NCBI RefSeq assembly: GCF_964204645.1
Contig: NC_134025.1
Location: forward strand, 19,257,101-19,321,100
Direction of reading: 5' to 3'
Length of the DNA stretch: 64,000 nt
Origin: Tubulanus polymorphus
Taxonomy: Eukaryota; Animalia; Nemertea
Shown here piece by piece: positions 47,201 through 58,906 of this stretch. Position 1 is the first letter of the stretch. Every line of letters starts with the position of its first letter. The position numbers and the translations under genes are program-made. The notes below the pieces were generated by a model. The model searched no databases, was not told the origin of the DNA, and saw only the letters and a program-made list of their open reading frames with translations.

Positions 47201-48019
47201 TACCGGTAACTATTACTGGCTGGGAGGGGGGACACACGGGACAGCGGTATTGCACTGTTTACTGTAAATTTCAAATACGTACACGCGTCTACACGACGGT
47301 GACTGTGCATCTGTAACTTAGTAGTGGCTGTGGAACATGACATTGTCAATATAATAATCGAAATTACAACGACCGATCGAACTGAAAATGCGAATTGTTA
47401 TCGAGTAATGACAAAGATGAAATTCCTCCTCCGCATAAAAAATTTACCTAACATTAACAGTCTTCCTGTTAATTCAGTCGTCGTATTCAAACTTAACCGT
47501 AAACATTATGTTACGACCAGAAGGTTCATTCGATTACAAGATTCTTTAAATTACCAAGCAAAGGATGGCGCTGAAAAAGGAAGATATCCCATTAAACTAT
47601 CGCTTATAGAAAGTGAGAGAACGAACGCAATACGGAAAATAGCTGATTGCAAGCTCGAACCTGAAAATGGCCGGTCGGCTCTTCTGCATTAATACTACTA
47701 CTATTTTCGCCATAAACATCTTCTTGTAGTCGATGTGTTGGTGACATAATATTGGAAAAACTTTAATGATTTTGTATGTAAATTTACTAGGTCCAACAAT
47801 AAAATGCATTGAATATAGACAAATTCAATTTGTAAATTGCAATGTGCGATAAACATGAAAAATGTCGCAGTATGTGATGAGTGATGTTTCGACCCTCGGC
47901 CTCTGATCTGAAAACCTACTTTTCCAATTACTCACACACACGCACACACGCGCGCGCTTGTGTAAATGAATACGTAATATTGAGCCCAATTTAACCGCTC
48001 GCTCACTCACGAGCCATAA

Positions 48020-48440
48020 TTTACGAAAATGTCTGGCGAATCTTTTTACCGTTGAAAACATTTTCCTTAAAAAATCAACCACCGCGGAACATGTCGACTT
48101 TGAAGATATCGACTGGTCTACCGGATTTGCTATTTGCAAATATTGTAAAACGACAATTACATACGGTAGTTTTCGAGAAACGACCTGCTGTGGGAAACCG
48201 ATTTGCGAAGATTGTTGGTTGGTGAACACTCGGTGGTTAAGCGTTCATCATAATTTCGAATGTCCTATCGAGGATTGCGTGGCGCATTTTAGGATTATAC
48301 GACAAATCGCGAAAAAGACAGCTATTTATGCCGCGGACAGGAGGATTTGTTGCGGCAAAACTATATGTCGGACATGTTGGCAGAACTCAAAGCGTATGAA
48401 GGATATGAAGAAAACTTTTTGTTATAACTGCATAACTTGA
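48020..48440 (+). pseudogene. Cys-rich tandem RING/zinc-finger-like reading frame
   Basis: One frame carries ICKYC...CCGKPICEDCW...CPIEDC...CCGKTICRTCW...CYNC, with no in-frame ATG. Confidence 0.45.
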
Positions 48441-48566
48441 TTTTGTGGCGTAAACACGTGTTAAGTATGTTTTTGGAGATAACTAAACCATAGACGGACC
48501 TCTGCGGCTCTTATATTCACTTCGGATTTAAACCTTGTTTTAACTGTAAATTCTAACGGTGAATAA

Positions 48567-49363
48567 TATGGAATACCTCAAGGGCCATACGACTTACGAG
48601 TTACGTTTTACGAGTTACGATTTACGTTTTACGAGTTACTATTACATTTCCTATAATACGTTACGATTTACGACTTACGTTTTACGAATTACACGTTTTT
48701 CACTAATTGGCTTCGGATATCCGAAGCGCGTAATTCAAAGAACGGGTTTCAAAATGAAGTCGAATTGTCATTTCAAACAGCATAATAAGAGTAATTTATT
48801 GTACATAGTGAATCAATCTCGACTGCAGTGGTCTATATTACAGGGCAGAAAATCTGCGCGTTGGCTATCTGCTGTGCGAACCTGGCAAAATCTATTAAAT
48901 TCTGACAATACATTTCACACTGACTGATGACTGCCCCGTTACGTGCACGATGGTTTTAATAGACGATATTTCAATAGATCTTAGCTGGAAATGATTTTGA
49001 TAATTAGAACAAGATTCATCAATTTAGAAAAAATGTATTTATTTTTTGAAAACACTGGGCTGCATACAGCCATCCATCATCGTTACAGTTATTCGTCTAA
49101 TAATTACACCCACACAGTGAAATGCCTACCACGTGGCCACTGTCCTTGAACTCTTGCGAACCGAAACTCCAACACTTAACTCGTAAATCGTAACTCGTAA
49201 TTCGTTAAACGTATTTAAGTTGTAATTCGTAACTCATAAAACGGAAGTCGTAACGAATATTCAAGGAAATGTGTAAGTAACTCGTAAAACGTAAATCGTA
49301 ACTCGTAAAACGTAACTCGTAAAACGTAACTCGTAAGTCGTATGGCCCTTGAGGTATTCCATA
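48567..49363. mobile_element. Non-autonomous IS3EU-type DNA transposon
   Basis: TATGGAATACCTCAAGGGCCATACGACTTACG TIR, subterminal 7-bp TTACG repeats, and 6-bp flanks GAATAA/GTATAA (5/6 match). Confidence 0.8.
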
Positions 49364-49679
49364 GTATAAAATGTTTTTATTTGTTTTTTAATATCTGGTT
49401 TCTTTGTCGCGAATTTACCCGTACTCCGGATTTCTTGGAATAGAAAGCGCCATCTAGGATTTTACCCCTCACATCCCCTCCACACACACACGCATAGGAT
49501 CTCGTAATCGATCTAATAAATACATTTGTATTTTATCATACCAATAAATAAATTTGGATTTAACAATAATTTAATTTGGATTTGTTTTATTTTGATTTGA
49601 CGGAAAAAAATAATTTTCCCGCCATTTGAACGTCATTTCCGGTGTGACGTCATTCCTCTCCGCCCTCACTCATTGAGGC

Positions 49680-50715
49680 CCCATAGTGACATTCCCTAAA
49701 ATGTTCAACATTGTGAATCTGAGCATTTATTCCAGAACAGATTTAATTTGGATGGATTTGAGAAGTTTGAAGACCTGATTGTCATCAGCAAAGCCGTGTC
49801 TGTTTAGTCCAAATGAGTTAATGATGTTGCCAAGTGGCAGTCATCCTCGCTTGCCAGGGGTCCGGTATCACTCCCGAACTCGCTTCCACCAGCCCCCGGC
49901 CTCACGAAGCGTGATTTCATTACTGGCGCTATTGCGCATGACGTCATGTAACGATTTTAGCGAAATACTTCCTTGTTCAGTAAAACGTTCGCTGATTGGT
50001 CCATTTAACGGGAAAACCAATAGAAGCCTAAAGTCGTTTGTTACAAGCGCTGTTATTGGTACCATCGGATCCTGGTCGGCTAGTACCGACTCCAACGACT
50101 CGTGAGGTCAAGGGGTTCGGCGAACAGCTTTAGCGTAGTGGGTTCGAAACCCTTGACGGGTGAAGGTGAGTGGCAGTACATATATAAGAAACAGTAAGGT
50201 CCCAGTAGTGAGCCTTGTGCGGCACCCAATATTTAAAACTGTGCGGCTCAGATTTCCGTCTATATCTATCTTAACTCTGAATGACCTAATGCCAATGGTC
50301 AAATAAAATTTAAACCATTCAAGTACGGTGCCACCTATGCCTAAGTAATGCCTGATACGACCGTATCAAAGGCAGCGCTTAAACGAGAACACTGCTCCAT
50401 TGCTTGCACCAATAAGACCACGAATGTCGTTCTGCACTCTCAATAAAGCTGCCTCAATGTTCACCCAGCACTGGCAGTGGTTGTCTCCACCAGTGATCTA
50501 CGATCCTAGTGTAACCAACATGTGGTACATCAGACACTAAGATTCTTGGTGAACCTCAATGCTGAAGTGGTTCATACACGGATTGAAGCCAGTTGGCATG
50601 CAGTGGCGGTCCATGTAGTCGCGGAGGCGCCACCACACGCTCGAGTACCTTAGACACAAAGGACAGACCCCTGATTAGACGGTAATCCTGGAGAATGTTC
50701 GGATTTAGTGAGAAG
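49680..50715 (-). mobile_element. Degraded L2/CR1-like LINE RT fragment
   Basis: AAFDTV, VLEWFKFYL and LLFLIYVLPL[insert]GNIINSFGLNRHGFADD. Confidence 0.75.
49842..50168. mobile_element. 327-bp non-autonomous element with 9-bp TSD inside the LINE RT
   Basis: AGTGGCAGT at 49833-49841 and 50169-50177. Imperfect CA...TG TIR with subterminal hairpins. Confidence 0.75.
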
Positions 50716-51904
50716 GACTAAAACTATGGAAGCCCTGAAACGACATTACGAATAACGTTTTACGTTTTACGAATTACGAGTTACGTTAACGATTTACCAT
50801 TTGAGCTCCCTGCATTTCGTATGTCGCGCGAGGTCAAGGTCTTATACAACTACGTTTTACGACTTACCGCGCTGCATTTCGGGTTATTTCATCGCGCGAC
50901 GTCAAGGTTGTGCAACAGTATATCCACTCACCATGTAGCAACTGACACCGAGTAGCTGCCACACTGTGTGGTAACTGACACCGAGTAGTACCTCTCTTGC
51001 CACAGGTGGCTACAATAGCACAGTTTTAGGCAAAGTAATGCTACTAGGTTCAAATCTCAGAATATGTTACTACTAAACACAATCGGTACTTTCAGATACA
51101 TATATAAATTCCGGCTGTGATCAGTGGCTCAAGTTTATGAAATGATTCTTTAAACCTGTTCGATTTTAATAGGTGGATTATCTAAAAGATTTCCAAACAA
51201 TCAAAAAATCAAAATGAAAATCGTTTTGCAGCCCGAAAATCAAAGCATGAAGTGCATCCGTGACTACAGTCAGAAAAATCTGAATCGAGTATCATTGTAA
51301 TTTCCTATTTTGAGGTTCGGATTAAGGGAGAGTCTAATACTACCAGATGGTCCTTCAGTTATACTTTTAAATCTAAATGGTGTTACGTTTAATCTCTTTT
51401 TTGGAATTAATTGTAATGAATGTTTAAAGTCACACTAATTAGTCTTCGGTGTTACATGCAACCCTCTCTAAAGATCATTGAGTTTGATAATCAGAATTTC
51501 TCTATACTTAAATCGGAATAATATTAATGTTTGATCTTGAATCTTTTTAGTAGGACCGGATTAAAAAGATGTTTGAACTAAAAAGAAAAGGTTTCATAAG
51601 GGATGATTCACACTTCCTGCATGTAGGCAAAAATTAGTTTTGAAAGTTTTGTAAGAAAGAATAATGCACAACAGAAAATGAAACAAAAAACGCTCAAATA
51701 TATTTCTATATAAAGGATCTTTATTTGTACATTTTATACTGAACCTACCAAAGAAAGGAAATAAACTCCAAAGCATATCGTTATAACTAAATCTTAGAAA
51801 TACATTCTGCTGAAAAGTATGACTGGGTGCGTTGTTCATGGCGACTACCATATTCTTTCCCAATAACATTGCGCTTACATTTCATACCACGAATAACGCA
51901 ATGC

Positions 51905-54550
51905 AAATATAGGGACTGGGTGTCAGCTACACAGGACCTAACATAAGGACTGGTGTCAGCTACACAGGACCTTATACAGGGACTGGGTGTCAGTTACACA
52001 GGGCCTAATATAGGGACTGGGTGTCAGCTACACAGGACCTTATACAGGGACTGGGTGTCAGTTACACAGGGCCTAATATAGGGACTGGGTGTCAGCTACA
52101 CAGGACCTTATACAGGGACTGGGTGTCAGTTACACAGGGCCTAATATAGGGACTGGGTGTCAGCTACACAGGACCTAATATAGGGACTGGGTGCCAGTTA
52201 CCCAGGGCCTAATATAGGGACTGGGTGTCAGCTACACAGGACCTAATATAGGGACTGGGTGTGAGCTACACAGGACCTAATATAAGGACTGGGTGTCAGC
52301 TACACAGGACCTAATATAAGGACTGGGTGTCAGCTACACAGGACCTAATATAGGGACTGGGTGTCAGTTACACAGGACCTTATATAGGGACTGGGTGTCA
52401 GCTACACAGGACCTAATATAAGGACTGGGTGTCAGCTACACAGGACCTAACATAAGGACTGGGTGTCAGCTACACAGGGCCTAATATAAGGACTGGGTGC
52501 CAGTTACACAGGGCCTAATATAGGGACTGGGTGTCAGTTACACAGGGCCTAATATAGGGACTGGGTGTCAGTTACACAGGACCTAATATAAGGACTGGGT
52601 GTCAGCTACACAGGACCTTATATAGGGACTGGGTGTCAGCTACACAGGACCTAATATAAGGACTGGGTGTCAGCTACACAGGACCTAACATAAGGACTGG
52701 GTGTCAGCTACACAGGGCCTAATATAAGGACTGGGTGCCAGTTACACAGGGCCTAATATAGGGACTGGGTGTCAGTTACACAGGACCTAATATAGGGACT
52801 GGGTGCCAGTTACACAGGGCCTAATATAGGGACTGGGTGTCAGTTACACAGGACCTAATATAAGGACTGGGTGTCAGCTACACAGGACCTAACATAAGGA
52901 CTGGGTGTCAGTTACACAGGACCTTATATAGGGACTGGGTGTCAGCTACACAGGACCTTATATAGGGACTGGGTGTCAGCTACACAGGACCTAATATAAG
53001 GACTGGGTGTCAGCTACACAGGACCTAACATAAGGACTGGGTGTCAGCTACACAGGGCCTAATATAAGGACTGGGTGCCAGTTACACAGGGCCTAATATA
53101 GGGACTGGGTGTCAGTTACACAGGACCTAATATAAAGACTGGGTGTCAGCTACACAGGACCTAACATAAGGACTGGGTGTCAGCTACACAGGGCCTAATA
53201 TAAGGACTGGGTGCCAGTTACACAGGGCCTAATATAGGGACTGGGTGTCAGTTACACAGGACCTAATATAAGGACTGGGTGTCAGCTACACAGGACCTAA
53301 CATAAGGACTGGGTGTCAGTTACACAGGACCTTATATAGGGACTGGGTGTCAGCTACACAGGACCTTATATAGGGACTGGGTGTCAGCTACACAGTACCT
53401 AAGATAAGGACTGGATGTCAGCTACACAGGACCTAACATAAGGACTGGGTGTCAGCTACACAGGGCCTAATATAAGGACTGGGTGCCAGTTACACAGGGC
53501 CTAATATAGGGACTGGGTGTCAGTTACACAGGACCTAATATAAAGACTGGGTGTCAGCTACACAGGACCTAACATAAGGACTGGGTGTCAGTTACACAGG
53601 ACCTTATATAGGGACTGGGTGTCAGCTACACAGGACCTTATATAGGGACTGGGTGTCAGCTACACAGGACCTAATATAAGGACTGGGTGTCAGCTACACA
53701 GGACCTAACATAAGGACTGGGTGTCAGCTACACAGGGCCTAATATAAGGACTGGGTGCCAGTTACACAGGGCCTAATATAGGGACTGGGTGTCAGTTACA
53801 CAGGACCTAATATAAAGACTGGGTGTCAGCTACACAGGACCTAATATAAGGACTGGGTGTCAGCTACACAGGGCCTAATATAAGGACTGGGTGCCAGTTA
53901 CACAGGGCCTAATATAGGGACTGGGTGTCAGTTACACAGGACCTTATATAAGGACTGGGTGTCAGCTACACAGGACCTAACATAAGGACTGGGTGTCAGC
54001 TACACAGGACCTAATATAGGGACTGGGTGCCAGTTACACAGGGCCTAATATAGGGACTGGTTGTCAGCTACACAGGACCTAATATAGGGACTGGGTGTCA
54101 GCTACACAGGACCTAATATAAGGACTGGGTGTCAGCTACACAGGACCTAATATAAGGACTGGGTGTCAGTTACACAGGGCCTAATATAGGGACTGGGTGT
54201 CAGCTACACAGGACCTTATATAGGGACTGGGTGTCAGCTACACAGGACCTAATATAAGGACTGGGTGTCAGCTACACAGGACCTAACATAAGGACTGGGT
54301 GTCAGCTACACAGGGCCTAATATAAGGACTGGGTGCCAGTTACACAGGGCCTAATATAGGGACTGGGTGTGAGTTACACAGGGCCTAATATAAGGACTGG
54401 GTGCCAGTTACACAGGGCCTAATATAGGGACTGGGTGTCAGTTACACAGGACCTAATACAGGGACTGGGTGCCAGTAGTTACACAGGGCCTATATATAGC
54501 ATAGAGACTGGCTGGGGCCGCGGGGATCTACACAGGGCTAATATAGGGAC
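51905..54550. repeat. 34-bp tandem satellite, ~77 copies
   Basis: Unit RGGACTGGGTGTCAGYTACACAGGRCCTAATATA, head-to-tail with no spacers. Confidence 0.97.
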
Positions 54551-54591
54551 AGAGAAATACAGAGACAGGGCCCAATATTAGGAGAAATTTA

Positions 54592-54841
54592 CCGGGCTGA
54601 AGGGATACCATCGTCAACATTATCATCGACACGCCTTCTTGGAATCTGGATGCGTGACTTCCAGTGACTGCTCAAAATATGACTTTTTTTGAACATGTGA
54701 AATCTTATTCGATTTGAACTTAGTGAATGGACAAAGTGGGAAATGGTAGCGCTCACTCTTGTATTTTTCAGCACAACATAAACCACTACACAGTTCAAGC
54801 TGAGCGTGAATCTCCCCAATATCACGGTAAAAAGTTGACAT
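54592..54841 (-). pseudogene. First exon of a TE-borne Cys/His-rich gene (frameshifted)
   Basis: MSTFYRD...CSGLCC...YHFPLCP...[shift]HILSSHWKSR..., ending at a GTAAAT donor just before the satellite. Confidence 0.4.
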
Positions 54842-55143
54842 CTTTAACCAGAACTAATCAACTAATCATCCAAACTGCCACCATTTTGTGAAATCACATG
54901 ACTGATATGTTTCCCAGGAGGAGTGCTCCGGATTGTGTGCTACGCGCACAGAGTGGGAGCTACTCGGTGTCAGTTGCTACATGTCAAGTTCATATGTAAC
55001 TCAGGTTGTGGTTACATAAGATTCCGCGTACCGGTAATGCGATTTGATTTGATCACCACTCAGTTTAATGCATGATCATGGTTCTAATAAATTTAATCAG
55101 CGGCACGAACCCAAGCAGTGAAGTGTTAGTGTCTGCGGGAGAT

Positions 55144-57069
55144 ATGGCAGAATTGAAAGTTAAAGGTAGGTAACTTATTAAACTGTTTCAAAGAATAATG
55201 TTGAGTTGACTTCTCTAGCCTCTAGTTAAGGCCTAATTTCTTTCCACGACGACGACATGTACATGTTCGAAAGGAAGCCTGCTTAGGCTAGTGCAATTTA
55301 GAGACTTACCGAAGGAATGATCTACATAGCCAGCCACTTTCAGGCAAAAACAGTATGTTATAGAATACCATAGAATCTTTTTAAACAATATATTTGCACC
55401 TATGAAGACAGAATTTAATAACAGAAACAGGCTAAAAATGATCCTTCATACCATCCACTTTACAAGAAACAACAACAGAGGATCAACATATTTATATTTG
55501 CACTGGTTTTTATCTTTGGTAGCTATGGAGAGACTGCCTTCACCCCCCCCCCCCCAAAAAAAAAGGTTGTGTTATTTGAAGATTCAACTGAGGTCGCAGA
55601 TGATGATGTAGTAAGGGATCTTGAGAAGATGACTGAAATAGTTGCGGTCCATCCTGAGGTACCACCTCCAGTGAAAAATACAGCTCAGCTTTGTATGACA
55701 AATGTTAATACGTGTAGTAAGTTTAATTGAATCTAAGTTTAGTGAAGCCAAGTCTTTTTTTCTTGTGTAGAGGACTAGATGCAGTAGATCTGCCAACAAC
55801 TTCGCATAAGTAACAGCATACATCATGGTTAATGCTATTATTCTCTTTTAATTTATCTCTAGATATGGATCAGCACAATATTAAGGTTAAACTGGAAGAA
55901 ATAAGGAAAGCGAGACTAGAAAGCGTAAGTAATTTTGCTTTTCGGCCTGGGATAGGTCAATGTAATAATGTGAAGTTGAAAATGGGCTTTGTTACATGAT
56001 GTTGTGATGATACAAGAGTGTTAATCAAAGAGGATTGGCGCCGCAAGTTTTCGTGTGGCAAAGCTGCGCATGTACTAGCGCATCCGGTCTAGTGTGGCTG
56101 GTGTTTGTGTCAAGACTGACTAGTAATGCCATTAGATCTTCAAATTCCTGCCAGGGGAGGATGGTGCAGCTTTACATGTATGTTAAGTATCAGTTTTTTA
56201 TTTTAAATAATTGGTATTGGTACATGTACTATTTGTAGGTATCAAAGAAAGCCAAAGTAGAGACTAAAAGGAAAGACTAAACACTGAAAATCAAAATCGG
56301 AATTCAAAATTACGATAAAAAACTGAAAATATACAAACCTGAAAGGGGTTCGTCGATGAAAGTAGATGTATTAAGGCATGTGAACAAGAATGAGATCAAA
56401 GAAATTATGTGTAACAAGTTGCTAACAGAAAATGAAGGTGATCTATATGATTGCATTATATGTTTACTTAATTCACGTGGAAAGGAACTACCAAAGGATT
56501 TCACGTTGGAAAAGTATGTACAAAATGTTGATGGGGAAATTCGACTATATATTGGTCTGAAATCTAACAAAACTGATCATGATGAAAGTAGTTCTCAGTC
56601 TTTGGACAGTCGTCATCAGTCAATGGATAAAAGTGATTCGAAACCGTGTAGTTCTCAGTCTTCAGATAAAAGTGATTTGAAGCCGTGTAGTTCTCAGTCT
56701 TCAGATAAAAGTGATCTGAAACATTGTAGTTCTCAGTCTTCAGATAAAAGTGATCTGAAACATTGTAGTTCTCAGTCTTCAGATAAAAGTGATCTGAAAC
56801 ATTGTAGCTCTCAGTCTTCAGATAAAAGTGATTTGATCCTTTTCTCTGATATCAGTGAGAATGAATTTCCTCGCGTAAACTCTGGATTTGGTGAATTCAT
56901 TCTTCTTACCCACGATCAAATGAAATCATACAAACATTTTCGAGAAGTGAACCAATTAAGTGACCTGGTATTAATTTCACCTCCTGTCCTTTACTTTATT
57001 CGGGAACAGAATTCTACAGATGACTTCCGAAACAATGGCAAGATATGGCAACTGGTTAGAAGACATTAA
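55144..57069 (+). pseudogene. Multi-exon accessory gene of the IS3EU element; last exon carries a 13-aa repeat
   Basis: Candidate short GT-AG exons at ~55144, ~55582, ~55863 and ~56239, with an in-frame stop near 56278. ORF 56356-57069 has (CSSQSSDKSDLK[PH]) x5. Confidence 0.5.
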
Positions 57070-58336
57070 ACAGCTTTTGGGCTAAAACAATTTTGCACAT
57101 TTCAAATGGCTTTATTGGTTGGTTGGCTGGCTGGCTGGTTAAGCACAAACTACATTTGCATATCTCTAAGGTAAAAAAAGGGTTAGGTTTAGGGTTTAGC
57201 TAAAATATACATGTAGACTGAGATAAAAATTTTGAAATTTTTCAAAAGTCGGCCGTCTACCTTCCAGTGACCAAAAACCTTTTTATATTTTAAATCCAGA
57301 TATACTACAGAAAGATATCTTATTTCTGTTTATAGTTTACATACATTCTTTTATGATGCCAGTGAGCATTTAGATGTTATTGAAGGTAGCTATTTGCTAT
57401 TAAGGTTTATTTTGTATAGATTTTAATTTTTCATCCGTCAGTAAATGAATAGATCAATTCTTATTTCTAATTGAGCATATCAGGTAAATACATGTACTTG
57501 TAATATTGTAATCTTTTTTTCTGTTAATTTTTATATTTCTTGCAGGACCATAGGTCAATATTATATTCGAATTCACTTAAGTTCATCTAATAAGTTGTTA
57601 CACTTGTTACATTGTGTCACTATTTTCCCATTTTAGACTCGTAAAACGTAAGTCGTAATTCGTAAAACGTAATTCGTAATGTCGTTATTCAGGACTTCCA
57701 TATAAAACAACTTAGTTAAATACGTACTAATTGAACGACCCCTTGTTGTTTTGCCAAAGTAGACGAACAGTTAAATTTGTCGACTGATTATATTTTACAG
57801 TATAATGTGATCGGCCGAAGTTGATGTAAAATGATGTAAGATGACGTAAACCGTCGTTGTGGTTAGTGCATTGGAATTAGAAAAATAAAGCGAAATATAC
57901 CAATTATATTAGAATATATTTATGATTTTTATATATACAAAACAAGAGTCAAATTAATCTGAGACAAAATCACCACCAGTATCATACAAGACATATAGTA
58001 TTGCCTAATTCACAGTGACCTATTTACATACACACTGCGAAATTCAGAGACATTTCTCCATTCTTGTTATTTCAGCAAGTTACCCCAGAAAACTAATCAC
58101 GTGTACTAACAAAATAACCCACCTAGTTATGCAAATGAAAAACGGTTGCAGGAGCCAGTGATAACCAAAATAAGTATTTCGTTCGTAATCATCAAGCTTA
58201 AGAGCCATACGGCCAACCACGCTGAAATTCTGTCATGGTCCCCATGTTTGAATGACCTCGTTTCAGGAATATACAGCGGTTACAGTGAAACCTCCTAATA
58301 ACGAATTCCTATGACATTGATTCAGGGGATCTTATA

Positions 58337-58906
58337 CAGTCCACCCTACACAAGTCGTAGCCCTCGGGACTGGCGATTTTTCTACGACTTACGTGATGTT
58401 CGAGTCACGTGTAAGTCGTATTTTTATGAGTTATCTATAAGTCGTGGTTTTATACGAATTCCGCGAATAACCCGTGAAAATACGATATATACGACGCTCG
58501 AAGATTCCAGCATGGTTCGTTATGTTCACGGTCGTATCCCAAGCTGGCAGTCCAGAACCTATATCGCTAAAATCTACCCTCAATCTATCAATTAAAGCTG
58601 TCACGTGCACCACGTAGGCAACGTCACAAGAAAGTTACATTGTAACTGTCTAAACACTAACAACACTGACAATATTGTAGCTTTTTAATCTGCTGTTGGC
58701 ATATCGGACTTACGCTAGGAATTTTGAATGGAATCAGAATATTTGGCTTCTAAAATTAATACGACTTACGTGAAAATACGACTTATGAAGTACATGTACG
58801 AGTTATAAGCATAATTTTATAAGGTTCAAAGAAGAAAATCTGGACCAAAATAATACAAGATATGATTATACGACATATTCCATGACTACTTGTGCGGGGT
58901 TGACTG
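58337..58906. mobile_element. Tc1/mariner-type MITE
   Basis: TA-CAGTCCACCCTACACAAGTCGT pairs with GACTACTTGTGCGGGGTTGACTG as an imperfect TIR. Confidence 0.6.

Larger units (their letters stand above)
50725..57702 (+). mobile_element. IS3EU-type DNA transposon, ~7 kb, no intact transposase seen
   Basis: TATGGAAG...CTTCCATA termini, subterminal TTACG repeats, and perfect 6-bp TSD TAAAAC (50719-50724, 57703-57708). Confidence 0.85.

Noticed and set aside
38410-47300. Right TIR and TSD of the Polinton
   Set aside because: No inverted copy of the AGTAATAGGGG terminus was found by eye, so the right end is unresolved.
51905-54550. CRISPR-like array
   Set aside because: Units are contiguous with no unique spacers, there are no cas genes, and the context is eukaryotic.
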